Shown: positions 1 through 13,104, counted from the first letter of the stretch. The stretch is DNA of 64,000 nt from Octopus vulgaris (GCA_951406725.2 OX597818.1:18786001-18850000), one strand, 5' to 3'. Notes: generated by a model not told the origin, from the letters alone. Program-made: numbers and translations.

Positions 1-850
1 ACATTAAAAAAGATGTGTTTTATATACATAAAAGAAACGATTATTGACTAAATATATTTGAGTGAATCAGTATTGATTCATATATATTCATACAAGGGCA
101 TGCGTTTACACATACTTACACACATACGCACGCGTATTTCGTTTGTATATCGCCATAATTAATATATTAATTCGCAAATAATTGCCCTAATTTTTTCATG
201 TTTTCCATTGTATTTTTAGTCAAGTTACAAATGCAAAATATATGCGATATATAGTGTATATAGTATATGATATGCATATGATATGCGATAATTGATTGGA
301 ATTATATTTTGCCGACTATCTGTAGAGTGAAAGATATTTTGCGAATAGAGAATTTTCTGATAGAATTAAATTGATATTTAAGTAAAATTTACACACATAA
401 CTTGACAATATTTTCTTGAATAATTCCAGTATTATTAATAATTTTATTTGCCTGATGGATAATATATGTGTGCTTGGCGAACTGTCAGACAGGGTGTTGT
501 TTGGCGCCTCTACGGTTCAGAATTAGAAATAAAATGCGTGTTGGTATTAATGGTTATGGAAAATCAATTAATGTAAGAAGCTGAAATAGATGTATTAGTT
601 TAGCCGTTATTTAATTCATTAGCTTCGAATGGACTGTGTATAACATAAAATTGAGCTTTATATATATTCTGTACATATTCAAAATTTGTGTTTAAAGAGT
701 AATTCAAAGTACATATTTCTGAATTGTACTTGGGATATGGCATTTAAGTATGTGTATGTACGTAATCATGTGTGACAATTATGTGCATATGTCTACAATA
801 TTTGTTCATTGATGAAATATCACCCCCTCTATTCTTTTTCATCGTTCATT

Positions 851-885
851 CTTCTGATGAATAATTCATGTCCGAAGCGTCAAAC
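851..885 (+). ncRNA. Degenerate minimal hammerhead motif in a Penelope-type terminal repeat relic
   Basis: CTGATGA(854-860)...GAAGCGTC-AAAC; downstream ctgagcgtgaaac resembles the sequence after the 8139 motif; stem II and A15.1 are decayed. Confidence 0.4.
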
Positions 886-1509
886 ATTTTTGTTACTCTG
901 AGCGTGAAACGAATATCTAAAGAAACTACAAGTGAACATTTTTACGTATTTTTTAAGTAAAATTATAGTTTAGTAATTGAGTCATTTATACTGCTTATAC
1001 TGGTTTACTTTACCATGTTTATTACAAATTACTGAATACTGTGCTCAAGTAAGAGGGTCTTACTCATCCTTTATTTTAAAAGCATTTCTTGAATATTTAG
1101 TATTGATAAAACTTACTTAACAACAATTTCTGTAACTTGGTGCACATGAGAGAAAATTAGTTGAATGGTATGATGCAGAGAAGTTGTTTTTTCCACAGGA
1201 GAATATGAACGAAGAAGCATTGCAATTTCAGTGATTCACCAATTCAGCGATGAGTTGTGCCACCTTGCGTCACGTAATTACATATAGATAAAGCTCGTTG
1301 TTAAATCGTAATTGAATTGACCATTGGCAAAATGAAATGGCTGTATCAGGATATGAATCGATGATCCCACTGATTGACTGTCTCGTAACGTTTCTGCTTC
1401 ATCATCCACAGTTAGATAGCGCTGGATTTGCACCATTCTAAGTTGTCGGCAACACAGATATGACCCCATGCCCCGATGACTCGCTGTAACTCTTAGATAG
1501 TGATGCTGA

Positions 1510-2764
1510 CTTCTGCGAAAAGCCGATAACTTCTGATGAATTACGTGGAGCGAAGACCGGCTGCACAATGGAGAAGTAGCCGGAGCAGGATGGTCAGCGC
1601 TACTAGCTTTATCGTCATATGCCAAACTTGTTCGGAATCTTCTTGGGTTGTGTCAATTGCAAATGACAGCAGAACGGAAAATTTCACAGTCCTGCGAAAA
1701 TTGGTACAGTTGTGCTGCTAAGAAAGGATCCGAACAAGGGTGAAGATTTCAAAGGCCTCAGACCCAAAACCTAGTTAAATACAGAGTTGAGGGTTTTGGT
1801 TAAGTGCTTGTTAAAAGTTTGAGTCTGTCGCCGATACACTTGTGGGTGAGGCACAGACATGTCCCATATCAAAGAGATCTATCCAAGAAAACCTTCACCT
1901 TAGGCAATACATTACAGAAAGTGTGGGTAAAGAACCTGACATGGGTGGGGCTCTAATTAATTTAGATTAGTCGAAAGCTTTCGATGGGGCCGACCGTCAA
2001 TGTGGCCGCTGGCCTGAAGGCGGCTGGTTTCGGCCTCGTCTTCAGAGCTGGATCGTTGCAGTGTACCGCCTCATTTGTACGGAGGTTAGAGTAAATGACT
2101 ACCTATCGGAATCGTTCAGTATCATGGGCTAGGTTCGACAAAGTACCCCCTCTCTTTCCTTATGTTCGTGCAGACGCTGGAGAGAGAACTGCATAAACTA
2201 CATTTTGAGGTGGGATATTGTGCAAGAACTAGGGTGCTGAAGATTCGTGGTTTGTATATACGAACGATATGACTGTAATAGTCTAGGGCAGCTAACCAAA
2301 TTTTAAGGGAATACAAGGCAGTGATACAAGCAAAAATTAACCAAAAGCAGTGGGCCTGCAACTGGGCACTTGGAGAAGCAGCTTCATTCTACCCGAAAGC
2401 GTCGTAAGATACTGGACAGAGAACTGGTAAATAGCTTGGGATCTGGTTTGGTCTGCACCGCCTAGTGGCCAGTATTTAGGTAAGGTCATGAACCGGATAG
2501 CTAGTCTTATCGACGAATTAGCCGGAAGGAAGCTAGTATTTCATGGAAATCTCGGACTGTGGGGTTCTTCGATTGTCCCTAGAGGCCTTCCTATATAAGT
2601 AGGGCCACATCTCTATCATCCTTCCCGCAACTTTTTCAGTGTATACCGAGTATACTTACTTTTTTTTTATCATTTCATTATATGTAAACCCCCACACTTT
2701 ATGTCTGTCTTTGTATTTCCCCCCCCCCCCCATACTTCGTCCTTGTGGCAAATAAATGAAATCC

Positions 2765-2770
<6 letters not shown>
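1510..2770 (+). mobile_element. L1/Tx1-clade LINE reverse transcriptase remnant with 3' end and (TTA)n tail
   Basis: Stop- and frameshift-interrupted translation: K*PEQDG, GTVVLLRKDPNKGEDFKGLRPKT*LNTELRVL, LVGEAQTC..RSIQENLH, GGALINLD*SKAFD, VRVNDYLSESFSI; ends in aataaa before (TTA)n. Confidence 0.8.
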
Positions 2771-2831
<61 letters not shown>

Positions 2832-2880
2832 CATCATTATTAGTATTATATATTTATTTATTTATTTATTCATTTATTTA
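2765..2880. repeat. (TTA)n and (TTTA)n microsatellites
   Basis: Direct reading. Confidence 0.95.
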
Positions 2881-3207
2881 TTCATTTCGTTGCGAAATGC
2901 AAACTTTGGTTTCCATATAAATACTATACTTCTGAAATTTCAATTTCGTAAATATATTGCAAAGTTCTTTTTTTTTTATCTTTTGCTGATTTTTTTTTTT
3001 TTTTGCTCTTCTAACTAGATTTGAACACGGCTGAGAATTACGTCTAACATAGTTTATTGAACGTAAAAACAAATCATAAAAGAAATCTACAAGTTACAAA
3101 GAACAACGTTAAGACCAAAATCTAAATGAACAAGTAAGTATATTTCGAGTAAGACTTCACTGTGTAGACAGTTTCTTCTTTTAATCCATTTGTAACAACA
3201 TTTCAAA

Positions 3208-3247
3208 TAATTTACCGATTTCAAAGCTTAGACCATTCTTCAGATGG
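3208..3247 (-). ncRNA. Degenerate minimal hammerhead motif
   Basis: Minus strand CTGAAGA-ATGGTCTAAGCTTT-GAAATCGGTA; core intact, stems I and II poor. Confidence 0.45.
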
Positions 3248-3642
3248 AATATTTAGTAGAACCTTTATTACTCTAAGTAGCCGACGTCTAGACTGTAATT
3301 GCAATTGTCTGAGCAGGAAACAAGTACACTACAATATTTGACAACGCTATAATAGTCCACCATATTTGAAACAAATTGTTTTCAAGAAGTAGCGTTCTCA
3401 CCTCTGAACTGAAGCGAATTGCTAAGAAAACAAAATCTCCTCCTTTCTCGGTGCCGCTCTTAAATGATTTATTATATTCTCGTTAATCGATCTTAGAGTT
3501 AAATGTTATAATATAATATAGGTAGCATTATACACCCATACATACATATATATGTGTATGTATGTGCGTATGTATATGTATATATATAACTATAAATAAG
3601 GGTATCTGAGAGACACCACCATGCCGAAATAACAGTCAAACC

Positions 3643-3939
<297 letters not shown>

Positions 3940-4242
3940 GTCTGGGTATGTGTGAGTAGGCATATGCAAACGGAATGCGTGTGAAAGCCCGTCGGAGGTT
4001 TCTTCGGCGATAGGTTTAATCCGTCGAGTGGTGGAATAAGCGATCTTGCCCTTAGAGGATTTCTCTCTGTTACAAATATTTGTTCAAACGTCTTATCACA
4101 GGATAATTTCGCCCTTCCTAGCATCAGTCTCTGAGACACCAACTAACCCATCAAATATGTTATTCTCTTTATATCACTTTGCTTAATAGGGAAAATATTA
4201 CATGAAGTAGAAAAAATATATATGTAGTTGTATATATATATA

Positions 4243-4401
4243 GGAGTGGCTGTGTGGTAAGTAGCTTGCTTACCAATCATATGCTTCCGGGTTCAGTCCC
4301 ACTGCGTGGCATCTTGGGCAAGTGTCTTCTGCTATAGCCCCAGGCCGACCAATGCCTTGTGAGTGGATTTGGTTGACGGAAACTGAAAGAAGCCTGTCGT
4401 A

Positions 4402-4480
<79 letters not shown>

Positions 4481-4690
4481 TTTTATGTTTGTGTGTCTGT
4501 GTTTGTCCCCTTAGCATTGCATGACAACCGATGCTGGTGTGTTTATGTCCCCGTCTCTTAGCGGTTCGGCAAAAGAGACCGGTAGAATAAGTACTGGGCT
4601 TACAAAGAATAATCCCTGGGGTCGATCTGCTCGACTAAAGGCGGTGCTCCAACATGGCCGCAGTCAAATGACTGAAACAAGTAAAAGAGA
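4243..4690 (+). mobile_element. tRNA-derived SINE, family A (internal TA/TG microsatellite)
   Basis: Head ggagtggctgtgtggtaag...ccgggttcagtccc (A/B boxes), cttgggcaagtgtcttct core, tail gactgaaacaagtaaaag; several homologous copies in the window. Confidence 0.85.
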
Positions 4691-4749
4691 GAGAAAGAGA
4701 TATGTTGTGTGTGTGTGTGCGTGTATAAATATATCTATACATACATAGG

Positions 4750-4792
<43 letters not shown>

Positions 4793-5699
4793 ATATGTAT
4801 GTATGTACGTATGTACGTATCTATCTATATATTAGGAAAAGGAAAGTGGATGTTTTATGATTCAGTCAATGTTCGTTCGTTCATTTGTGATATCAAAACA
4901 CATAAACGCATACATATATGTATGTTTAGGCATATGCATATGGGTGTGTATGTACATGTGTGTTTGTCAGTGACAACATCGTCGGGTGCAAATCCGCTGC
5001 TGTAACAAAGAGTGTAAGTAAGAGATGTAGTAAATGGTGGTCGATAAAATCATTACCAGAGTGAAAAAAACATCGCTATATAAAAGGCATATTCTGTGAA
5101 ACTCATATGTGAGAAGTGTCAATGAATGAGACAAACGCCCTAATAAAGAGTTATCCAAAATTCTGAATACCACATATTTGTTAATATATAAAACCTATAC
5201 AAGACTTCAAACAATATATATATATATATATATATAGTTCATATATGAAAATCAGTTATTCTCTGTATAGAATACACTTCTTTGTACTGCTTAAAAGGTC
5301 TACATTTGGGCGGGTATAAAAGTAAACGTCGGGATAAACAATTTAGACAGGTCAATATATAAGAATACAAAAGATGTATATATGTCTATATACAAAAACG
5401 TCCGACTTACACAGGAAAGAAATGATGTCGAGAATTAAGGGGGTTGAAGAAAAGAATTACAAATCTACAAACATTATATTGGACGACCGAGCCGCAGAAT
5501 ATATTTGTAATAGTTTACTTCAGCCCCTTTAATTCTCGGTATCATTGCTACTCGTGTACCTCGGACCTTTTTGTATATAGACATATATATATATATATTT
5601 TTGTATTTCATGTATTTAATATAGTTTATATATCGACCTGTCTAATTTGCTTACGCCTACATTTACTTACTCTCTTCGTTTTTTCCATTCCCTTTCCGG

Positions 5700-5824
5700 T
5701 TTTTCCCCTCTTAATCGTTTCTGTCAATGATCTTTGGCTCGAAACGTAAAGGACTTTTCCTTTCTCCCGAGTTAAACTAATACGCCTGCTCATTGTTTCT
5801 CTACTTGTCTTCGTCTTTTGTTTC

Positions 5825-5828
<4 letters not shown>
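5700..5828 (+). mobile_element. Penelope-type terminal repeat relic with degenerate U6 hammerhead
   Basis: ctgtcaa...ggctcgaaacgtaaaggactt...aactaatac...cttcgtctt matches 8139-8245; ends at (TA)n. Confidence 0.55.
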
Positions 5829-5895
<67 letters not shown>

Positions 5896-5932
5896 GATAT
5901 ATATACATACACACTCATATACATACACATCA

Positions 5933-5973
<41 letters not shown>

Positions 5974-6149
5974 TTGTATGTATGTATGCATGCATGTATG
6001 TATGTATGTATGTATACATACATACATATATACATACATACATACATACATGCATGCATACATACATACCTACATACATACATACATACATACATACATA
6101 CATACATACATACATACGTACATAATACATACGGGTGTGTGTAATTGTG

Positions 6150-6925
6150 TATAGAAGAATATATTACTCAAACAAATTCCAACATTAATTTTCACGTTTT
6201 ATTTACAATCTTATAATAATATAATATAAAATAATATAATATGATGAAACGATAGAATACTAAATGTCCATTCTGATTGAACTAGTACTTTCATGCATTA
6301 AACTATGCAATCTTCAGGTTCATATAGTTGTGGTGACAGTTATGTTTTACAAGTTACAACTGTAGTGAGATGGCTGAAATGTTTGCCATAACTGCATTTG
6401 TATAGGCTCTAGAATGCTAAGTTTTGCAAACTGTATTCCAACCAATAAGTGTGTGGCTTTATTAAATTACTTAAGCTGATTGGTGTTTTGGTTTAGTTAG
6501 GCGTCACGGTTTGTTGAACATATCAAGAGACCTGTAGTTTGACCCTGGCCATAGCAGTAATTATTTGGCTATTTTAAGAAATGTTGTAAGCAACATTTCC
6601 CAGGGATTTTTTACATTTCCATTATCATCATCACTATTATCATCACCGTTATTATTGTTGTCGTTGGTGACGGCGGTGGTAGTAGTAGGCGTTGCTGTGG
6701 TAATAGAACTTTGGACCCTAAATAAGATTATTTTTACTGACATTTCTCTTGACCACATTTTCCGACCACATTTTGCTAGATGGTTACTCAAAGGTATCTG
6801 ACGGACATCTGGGTCTCTAATTTGCCATCGGTGCACACGTAAACGTTCTGATAGTACATTTTCAGTCTGGCCCACATATAGTTCTTTACAATTATTGCAT
6901 TTGATGCAATAAATTAAAAAAATTT
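6150..6925 (-). mobile_element. Penelope-like element 3' part: GIY-YIG endonuclease remnant plus terminal repeat
   Basis: Minus-strand translation IYCIKCNNCKELYVGQTENVLSERLRVH...IPLSNHLAKC (GIY-YIG with CxxC..H..H); hammerhead downstream. Confidence 0.8.
6278..6322 (-). ncRNA. Minimal type I hammerhead ribozyme
   Basis: TGAAC-CTGAAGA-tTGCATagtttaATGCAt-GAA-AGTACT-A|GTTCA: 5-bp stem I, 5-bp stem II on a U.U base, palindromic stem III, CUA site. Confidence 0.8.
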
Positions 6926-7552
6926 AATAAGAAGTTTTTAAAAGCTAAATACAACAGGAGTTTCATCACGTGATTACTTCTGACTCTTTCAATTATGTAA
7001 TCTCAAGGTAACACCAACGTCGTATTTGAGAAGTCCATAAGAGACGTGGGTATTGAATAACAGTCTACAAATATGTATTCGAAAACGAAGATACCCCTAT
7101 TTGAACCAGTAGACGGTAATAATTATATATATATATATGTGTATGTGTGTGTGTGTGTGTGTGTGTATGTGTGTGTGTGTGACTATCTCGATCACCGACG
7201 TGGATTACATTAATACGGATGTCAACTCTAATAAAAAAACATATTTTCGCCGGTTCCTTTATCAGTTAGGAGTAAGAAAAAGACAATGGAAGAACGCACC
7301 AAACACAGACTGAGACAAAAGTATTGAATTATAAATTGCTTCAAAATTATGATAAAAATAGTTGCATAGGGTGCAGAACTAAACAAATATAGAAGAGGTT
7401 ATTGTATGTCAGACATTCGGACAACGACGAATATATCGAGAGTCATATGATGTACAAAATGGATCAAGCTGTGTAACTCAGTTCTTGTGTTAGATTTTGA
7501 CAACAAAATGTCCACTACATGCATACACACATATATACGCACATGTACATAT

Positions 7553-7601
<49 letters not shown>

Positions 7602-8059
7602 CATATACGTTCCTATGAATTCACGAAAAAGTCACAGAAAAGGTCACCGGAAAAAAGTAACGGAAATATGTGTGTGTGTATGCGAGTGTCTGTACAAGTA
7701 TGTTTGTGTATATGCATTTTTGTGTGTGTAAGCGTATTTCTATGAATCCATAGAAAAAAGTCACACGAAAAAGAGGTCATAGGAAAACTTTAATAAATTA
7801 CTGATTTAATGTTTTTTTCATTGCATTGTTATATTTGAGATATTAAATAAAGAGTTATGTTTTTGTTTCTTTTATTCCTATCTATTATATAAATTGTGTT
7901 GGCGTGTATACAAGTAGTGTATTGTCAGTAATGTATAGGCAACTTGAAAGATTGATATGTGCTATTTATGGTAATATATGTGTGTGTGTGTGTGTGTGTG
8001 TATGTATTTATATAAATATTTATATACTTTTATACATATATACATATAAATATGTCCGA

Positions 8060-8250
8060 AGTCAGGACGCCATGATAGATCGTTAGCTCCTACACGCATT
8101 TTTTCTCTCCTTGTTTCTCGCCTTGTTTTTTCTGTGTATCTTTCTGTCGAAGAGCGTAGGCTCGAAACGTAAAAGACTTTTTCTATTCCTGAGCGCTACA
8201 CTAATACATTTGTTTGTTTGTACTCCACCTGCCTTCGTCTTCCGTTTATT
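8060..8250 (+). mobile_element. Penelope-type terminal repeat
   Basis: Contains hammerhead-like motif 8139-8176; homologous to 5700-5828; ends in TA/CA microsatellite. Confidence 0.6.
8139..8176 (+). ncRNA. Minimal hammerhead motif, A6U core variant
   Basis: TCTTT-CTGTCGA-a-GAGCgtagGCTC-GAA-ACGT-A|AAAGA: perfect stems I and II, palindromic stem III. Confidence 0.65.
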
Positions 8251-8267
8251 TTATATATATACATATG

Positions 8268-8346
<79 letters not shown>

Positions 8347-8367
8347 ACAAACACACACACATATATA

Positions 8368-8553
8368 TTTTTTTTCCGGGCACATTTCTTTGTAGTGTTA
8401 TTTGTTGAGTTTGTCCGATTGCAGTGTGAGTTTTGAATTAATATCTTGCAGTTCACATAAGATTTTTTCAAGTTTCGTGTTGTCTTGTTGTTTGTTTTTG
8501 GGTGGCATTTTCGATCCTGGCATGGTAGATATATAACAGAAGTTGTGGTGCTA

Positions 8554-8623
<70 letters not shown>

Positions 8624-8810
8624 AAATATACCACCACAACTTCTGTTATATATCTACCATGCCAGGATCGAAAATGCCGCCCAAAAACAAACAAGACAAC
8701 ACGACACTTGAAAAAATCTTATGTGAACTGCAAGATATTAATTCAAAACTCGCATTGCTATCGGACAAACTCAACAAATCACACTGCAAAGAAATATGCC
8801 CGGAAAAAAG
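8368..8810. repeat. Inverted repeat of about 180 bp (8368-8550 / 8631-8810) with (TA)n(GA)n spacer
   Basis: Left arm is the reverse complement of the first ~180 nt of the element starting at 8631. Confidence 0.9.
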
Positions 8811-10055
8811 AAGATCCCTGCAGAGAGAAATAAGTGAAACCGTCGAAAAATGCTGTAAATCATTTGAAACCTCGCTAATGCACAGGTTTGAAAATAGCCC
8901 TAATTCTGAAACGGAAAACAATAACTATATCTGTCAACAGCCTTCCGATATCAAGAAAGCTCTCTTTCAAAGTATGGACCAAAAATCATAAAAATCGCAA
9001 ATTCGCTTTCTGGAACATAGTCAAGAACTCCAATGAAGCAGAGATATACGTGAGATGGCTCAATTCAACTTCTTATATTCTCCCCCAGAAACCTACAAAT
9101 CAAAGTAATCCCCAACAAACCAGCAAAACAGATAGAACTGAAAGAAAAAATGGTTTTGGAGAACTTCAAAATGGAGACAGAACTTCTGAAACTCAGAGCT
9201 CAATCCCATGAAAAAAGAATTACCCCAATTCATGAAGGAATGATGAAATAGCGAAAAAATCCCAAGGGGAACTTTTTGAAAATACTCTTTTCCTCCGGAG
9301 AAAGGACTGTGAACACGAGGAAGTAATCTCCCTTCAAAGATGGGGAAAATAACGATTGGTTCACTCACTATGAGGAAAGAGTCAAGGAGGAATACCAATC
9401 TGATAACCCACTTCTTGAAAAAACTAAAAGCTATGAGCCCTATACAACCGGAAGAAAGTCACTACCGGAACAATACCAGAATGACCATCCAGAACCAAGA
9501 ATAACCAATACCCTCCCCAGGACTCCAAATACTCACCAAAACCATAAAATGGGAAATTCCATAAAAACCTTCACGACACAACAAAGCAGCCTCACTAAAA
9601 CATGCAGAAACCCAAATCACCCCAAGAAACCTCCACGTCCCGGACGTAACATCTTCATGAATATTTTTTTCAGACAGAAATATAAGTGAAATACGAACTC
9701 CCCACGTCAGAGACACATCTCACATAGAGAGGACTTCGAACAGGACCAAAGAAGAATTAGGAACTTCTCCCGTTCGAGACATTTCTTCCGCAATAACCAC
9801 CGCTTCCAAACAGAATATAACCATTACGACAACCCCACACAGAGCCGACCACAACGAGGAACCCAGAATAGACCAAGCTGGAAAAATTCTCAAATGACAG
9901 TCCTGACAGAATCGGGAAAGAATTCATCGTTAAAGGAATAAAACTCATCCTACAGAATAACTTTTTCAATTTCAACGAAAACACTTGTAGGCAAAAATCG
10001 GGACCAGCGATGGGAACGAGGTTAGCGCCTACTTTTGCCAACCTTGCCATGAAAT
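8631..10055 (+). mobile_element. Decayed Penelope-like element (N-terminal ORF to RT motif B), truncated at a Tc1 junction
   Basis: ORF 8659-8991 then broken frames; 9900-10050 reads DRIGKEFIVKGIKLILQNNFFNFNENTCRQKSGPAMGTRLAPTFANLAM, typical of PLE RT. Confidence 0.75.
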
Positions 10056-11027
10056 ATTGTCTCGAAAGTAACGACTGCTTTTGAGAATGAGGGAAAAACG
10101 TCCTCGTCGAAAGAAAACCAAAACTTTCTGATATGGACCGTCGGACTCTTACGCGAATTGTTAGAAAGGATCACAAAGGTACAGCTCCCAAAATTACTGC
10201 AGAGTTTAATGACCACCTCGTGAAACCAATTTCCACAAAAACTGATCGACGGGAACTGCACAAAGCCTGATTTCACGGGATGGTAGAGATCAGAAAACTA
10301 CTACTTTCAAAAACAAACCTTGCAAAGCGTTTAGAGTGGAGTAAAAACATACAGAATTTATCCCTTGAGCAGTGGAAGAATGTTATTTTCTCGGACGAGT
10401 CATCTTTTAACTTATTTCTGACTACCGGCCAAGTATACGTGTGGATACAGCCAAAAGAAAAAAGCATTTGGCCGGGACTTCCTTCTTCGAAGTGTTAAAT
10501 ATGGAGGAGGATCTGTGATGATCTGGGAAGCTATATCCCCGAAATCCGCCGGCCCAATTGTTTTACTTCATGGCAGAATTAGTAGTCACAGCTAGTTAAG
10601 CATTTTATCAGATCAAATTCATCCTATGGTTGCGGAACTCTTTCCGGAGGGAAACACAATCTTTCAGGATGATAATGCACCAATTCCCACAGTTAAAGTT
10701 GTTATTGAATGGCATACGGAACTTTCTAGTGAAGTTGAACATCTTATCAGGCCATCACAGTGCCCAGATCTCAATATTATTGAACATTTATGGTGCATTA
10801 AAAAAAAAAAAAGAAGTAAGAAGTCGATATTCTCCACCATCATCACTACAAGAACTGGAGACTTATAGCTAAAGAATGAACAAAAATTCCTTTTGGAAAA
10901 AAATTTAAGCTTTGTACGAGTCCATACCTCGTAGAAGCTGTAATTACTGTCAAAGGCGGTCCTATCCCATATTAAAATAAATTTGTTTGAAATTTTAAGG
11001 TGTTTTCATTATTTTGTCCAACCCCTG
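10055..11027 (+). mobile_element. 5'-truncated Tc1-family transposon, DD36E spacing, right TIR intact
   Basis: WKNVIFSDES, GGSVMIW, FQDDNAP-(36 aa)-E in PDLNIIEHLW; ends ggtgttttcattattttgtccaacccctg followed by TA. Confidence 0.88.
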
Positions 11028-11071
11028 TATATGTATATCGATATGTACATATATGTGTGTCTATATATATA

Positions 11072-11104
<33 letters not shown>

Positions 11105-11120
11105 TGATAGATAGCTATAG

Positions 11121-11153
<33 letters not shown>

Positions 11154-12558
11154 TGTATGTATGTATGTATGTATGTATGTATGTATGTATGTATGTATGT
11201 ATGCTTGTATGTATATATATGTATGTATGCATATATGTATGTATGCATGTATGTATGTATATATATGTATGTGTGTGTGTGTGTGTGTGTGTGTATAATC
11301 CTCTGAAAGTCATGTGGTTAAATATATTTTTCTCACCTCTCGCACCTACTGACTTTATGCTTAATATAAATCTTGTAAGAAAACATTCACAATAATTTGG
11401 ATACAAAGACCAACTTTTGGAATTGATTCTGTTTCTGTCGCTAATCATTTTCTAATAATCCTACTGAATATTTGTGATATCAATACTTGAAAAATGCCTG
11501 TAATCCTGTATATCGTTTACAGTGAGATTTGACTGGTACGCGACAAGCAGACTATAGTCACTGAAGGATCGCAGTAGGTGGACGTCCTGCGATCTAGCAG
11601 TTCCAGCGTCTATAGGATAGAGTCTTTGTCTGCCAATGATATAAATATGCGTACTTTTATACGCACAATGCATCCATGTAAGAGGATCTCTCAATCTGAA
11701 TACCTCAATATTCAGCATTTTAAAGAAACATCGGCGTTAAGTTGGATATTAAGATTGACCTTTGATATTGATATAACTCCTGTCGCAAATATTATAATAT
11801 TGTATACATACATACATACATACATACATACATACATACATACATACATACATGTGTGTGTATGTGTGTACTATGTTCAACAAAACGCGGGCGTTTTACA
11901 AGAAAAAGAAAGAAGAAAACCTAACGGTCTTGATTACTACGTCCATACAATAGTAACAGTATGATTGCAAATTTAACTAATTTTTATTAGCGTTTTGTCA
12001 TGTACTCTGTATATTTCTCTTTACTTATATTTGGTATGTTTGTGTCGAATAACGCAGTCTTGTTTCGCGAGATTTGGCATTGATATCAATACTATTTTTA
12101 ACTGAGTACTGATTTAATTGACTATATAGACTGTCTCTAATGAACGACTGCATTGTGAAATTGACTTGTGATTCGTTAGTGTTGAGCACTCTGCTCAATT
12201 AACCTTATGGGAATTAACGAAGTAATGGAAAGCTACTGTTGTGTATAAGAGGACCTCTCAAGCTGAATACCTTAGTATGCGACATTTAAACAAAGCTTCC
12301 ACGTTAACTTGGATATTATGCTTATCTTTTGGTGTTAATACTTCTCCTGTCGTAAATGATAATTTCACACATACATACATTCGTACGTACGTACATACAA
12401 ACAAAACTACATCCATACATATTTCATAATTATGGGAACCTTTGTTGACAATGATCAGTAAATTCTCTTCACACGTAGCGGTAATTTGTTAGAACCAGAG
12501 GATTGAATTTCTTTCTTATCATTTGATCAGGAGGGAAGACAATTCTCACACTCTGTTG

Positions 12559-12834
12559 CGCGTGTTCTCACCCATTTTTTATCAATGGACCCTTAACCTT
12601 TTGAATAGAAACGTCTCTCAAAATTCCTATCTTGTTTTTCTAACTTTTGTAGGTTGAACTATGTAAACCTAGCTCTTTCTTGCAATATACATCAATAAAT
12701 TCATCGAAAACAAAATACTTTCGGGGGCCCTTAAAATACAGTTGTGCATCCCCAATATACTTTATTTTGCGTGAACCACCAAAAATCTTATATGGACCCA
12801 CAGGGGTCATAAGAACCCTTGTTGAGGACCACTG
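12559..12834. mobile_element. hAT-like MITE
   Basis: Right end gttgaggaccactg and degenerate left end cgcgtgttctcacc (CAGTGGTTCTCAACC-type TIR); atggaccc subterminal motifs. Confidence 0.5.
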
Positions 12835-13104
12835 CGTTAGCTAGATTATGAAACTAGTGAGAAGAGAGAAAGGAGGAATGTACCCTCAAACCATGAGCTT
12901 TACCCAAATACTTGCAACAAAGCGATCTCCGCCAAAGGTACACAAGGTGCTAGGTGGTGGTGTTAAAGTGACCAACGAGTTAAGCATACCACTCAAGCAG
13001 GCCATAATGGGACTTTGACAATGACAACGCAAAGAGCCGGAGCAAATACGCGGATGACCCGGACTGCCATTCTCAACGTTCCACCAAACCACCGCCATGG
13101 AGTG

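Noticed and set aside
1278-1625. 115-aa minus-strand ORF, and a possible small plus-strand exon at 1199-1273
   Set aside because: No recognisable motif; the ORF partly overlaps the antisense of the Tx1 remnant; splice signals alone are insufficient
4085-4140. Hammerhead-like CTGATGC...GAAATTATCCTGTGATA on the minus strand
   Set aside because: A9 and stem II are missing and the register is ambiguous
6975-7035. GAAAGAGTC-AGAAG with upstream CTTCT on the minus strand
   Set aside because: No recognisable CUGANGA-type core
7610-7790. Short gaaaaagtcac repeats in two clusters
   Set aside because: Possibly transposon subterminal repeats, but no matching terminus was found
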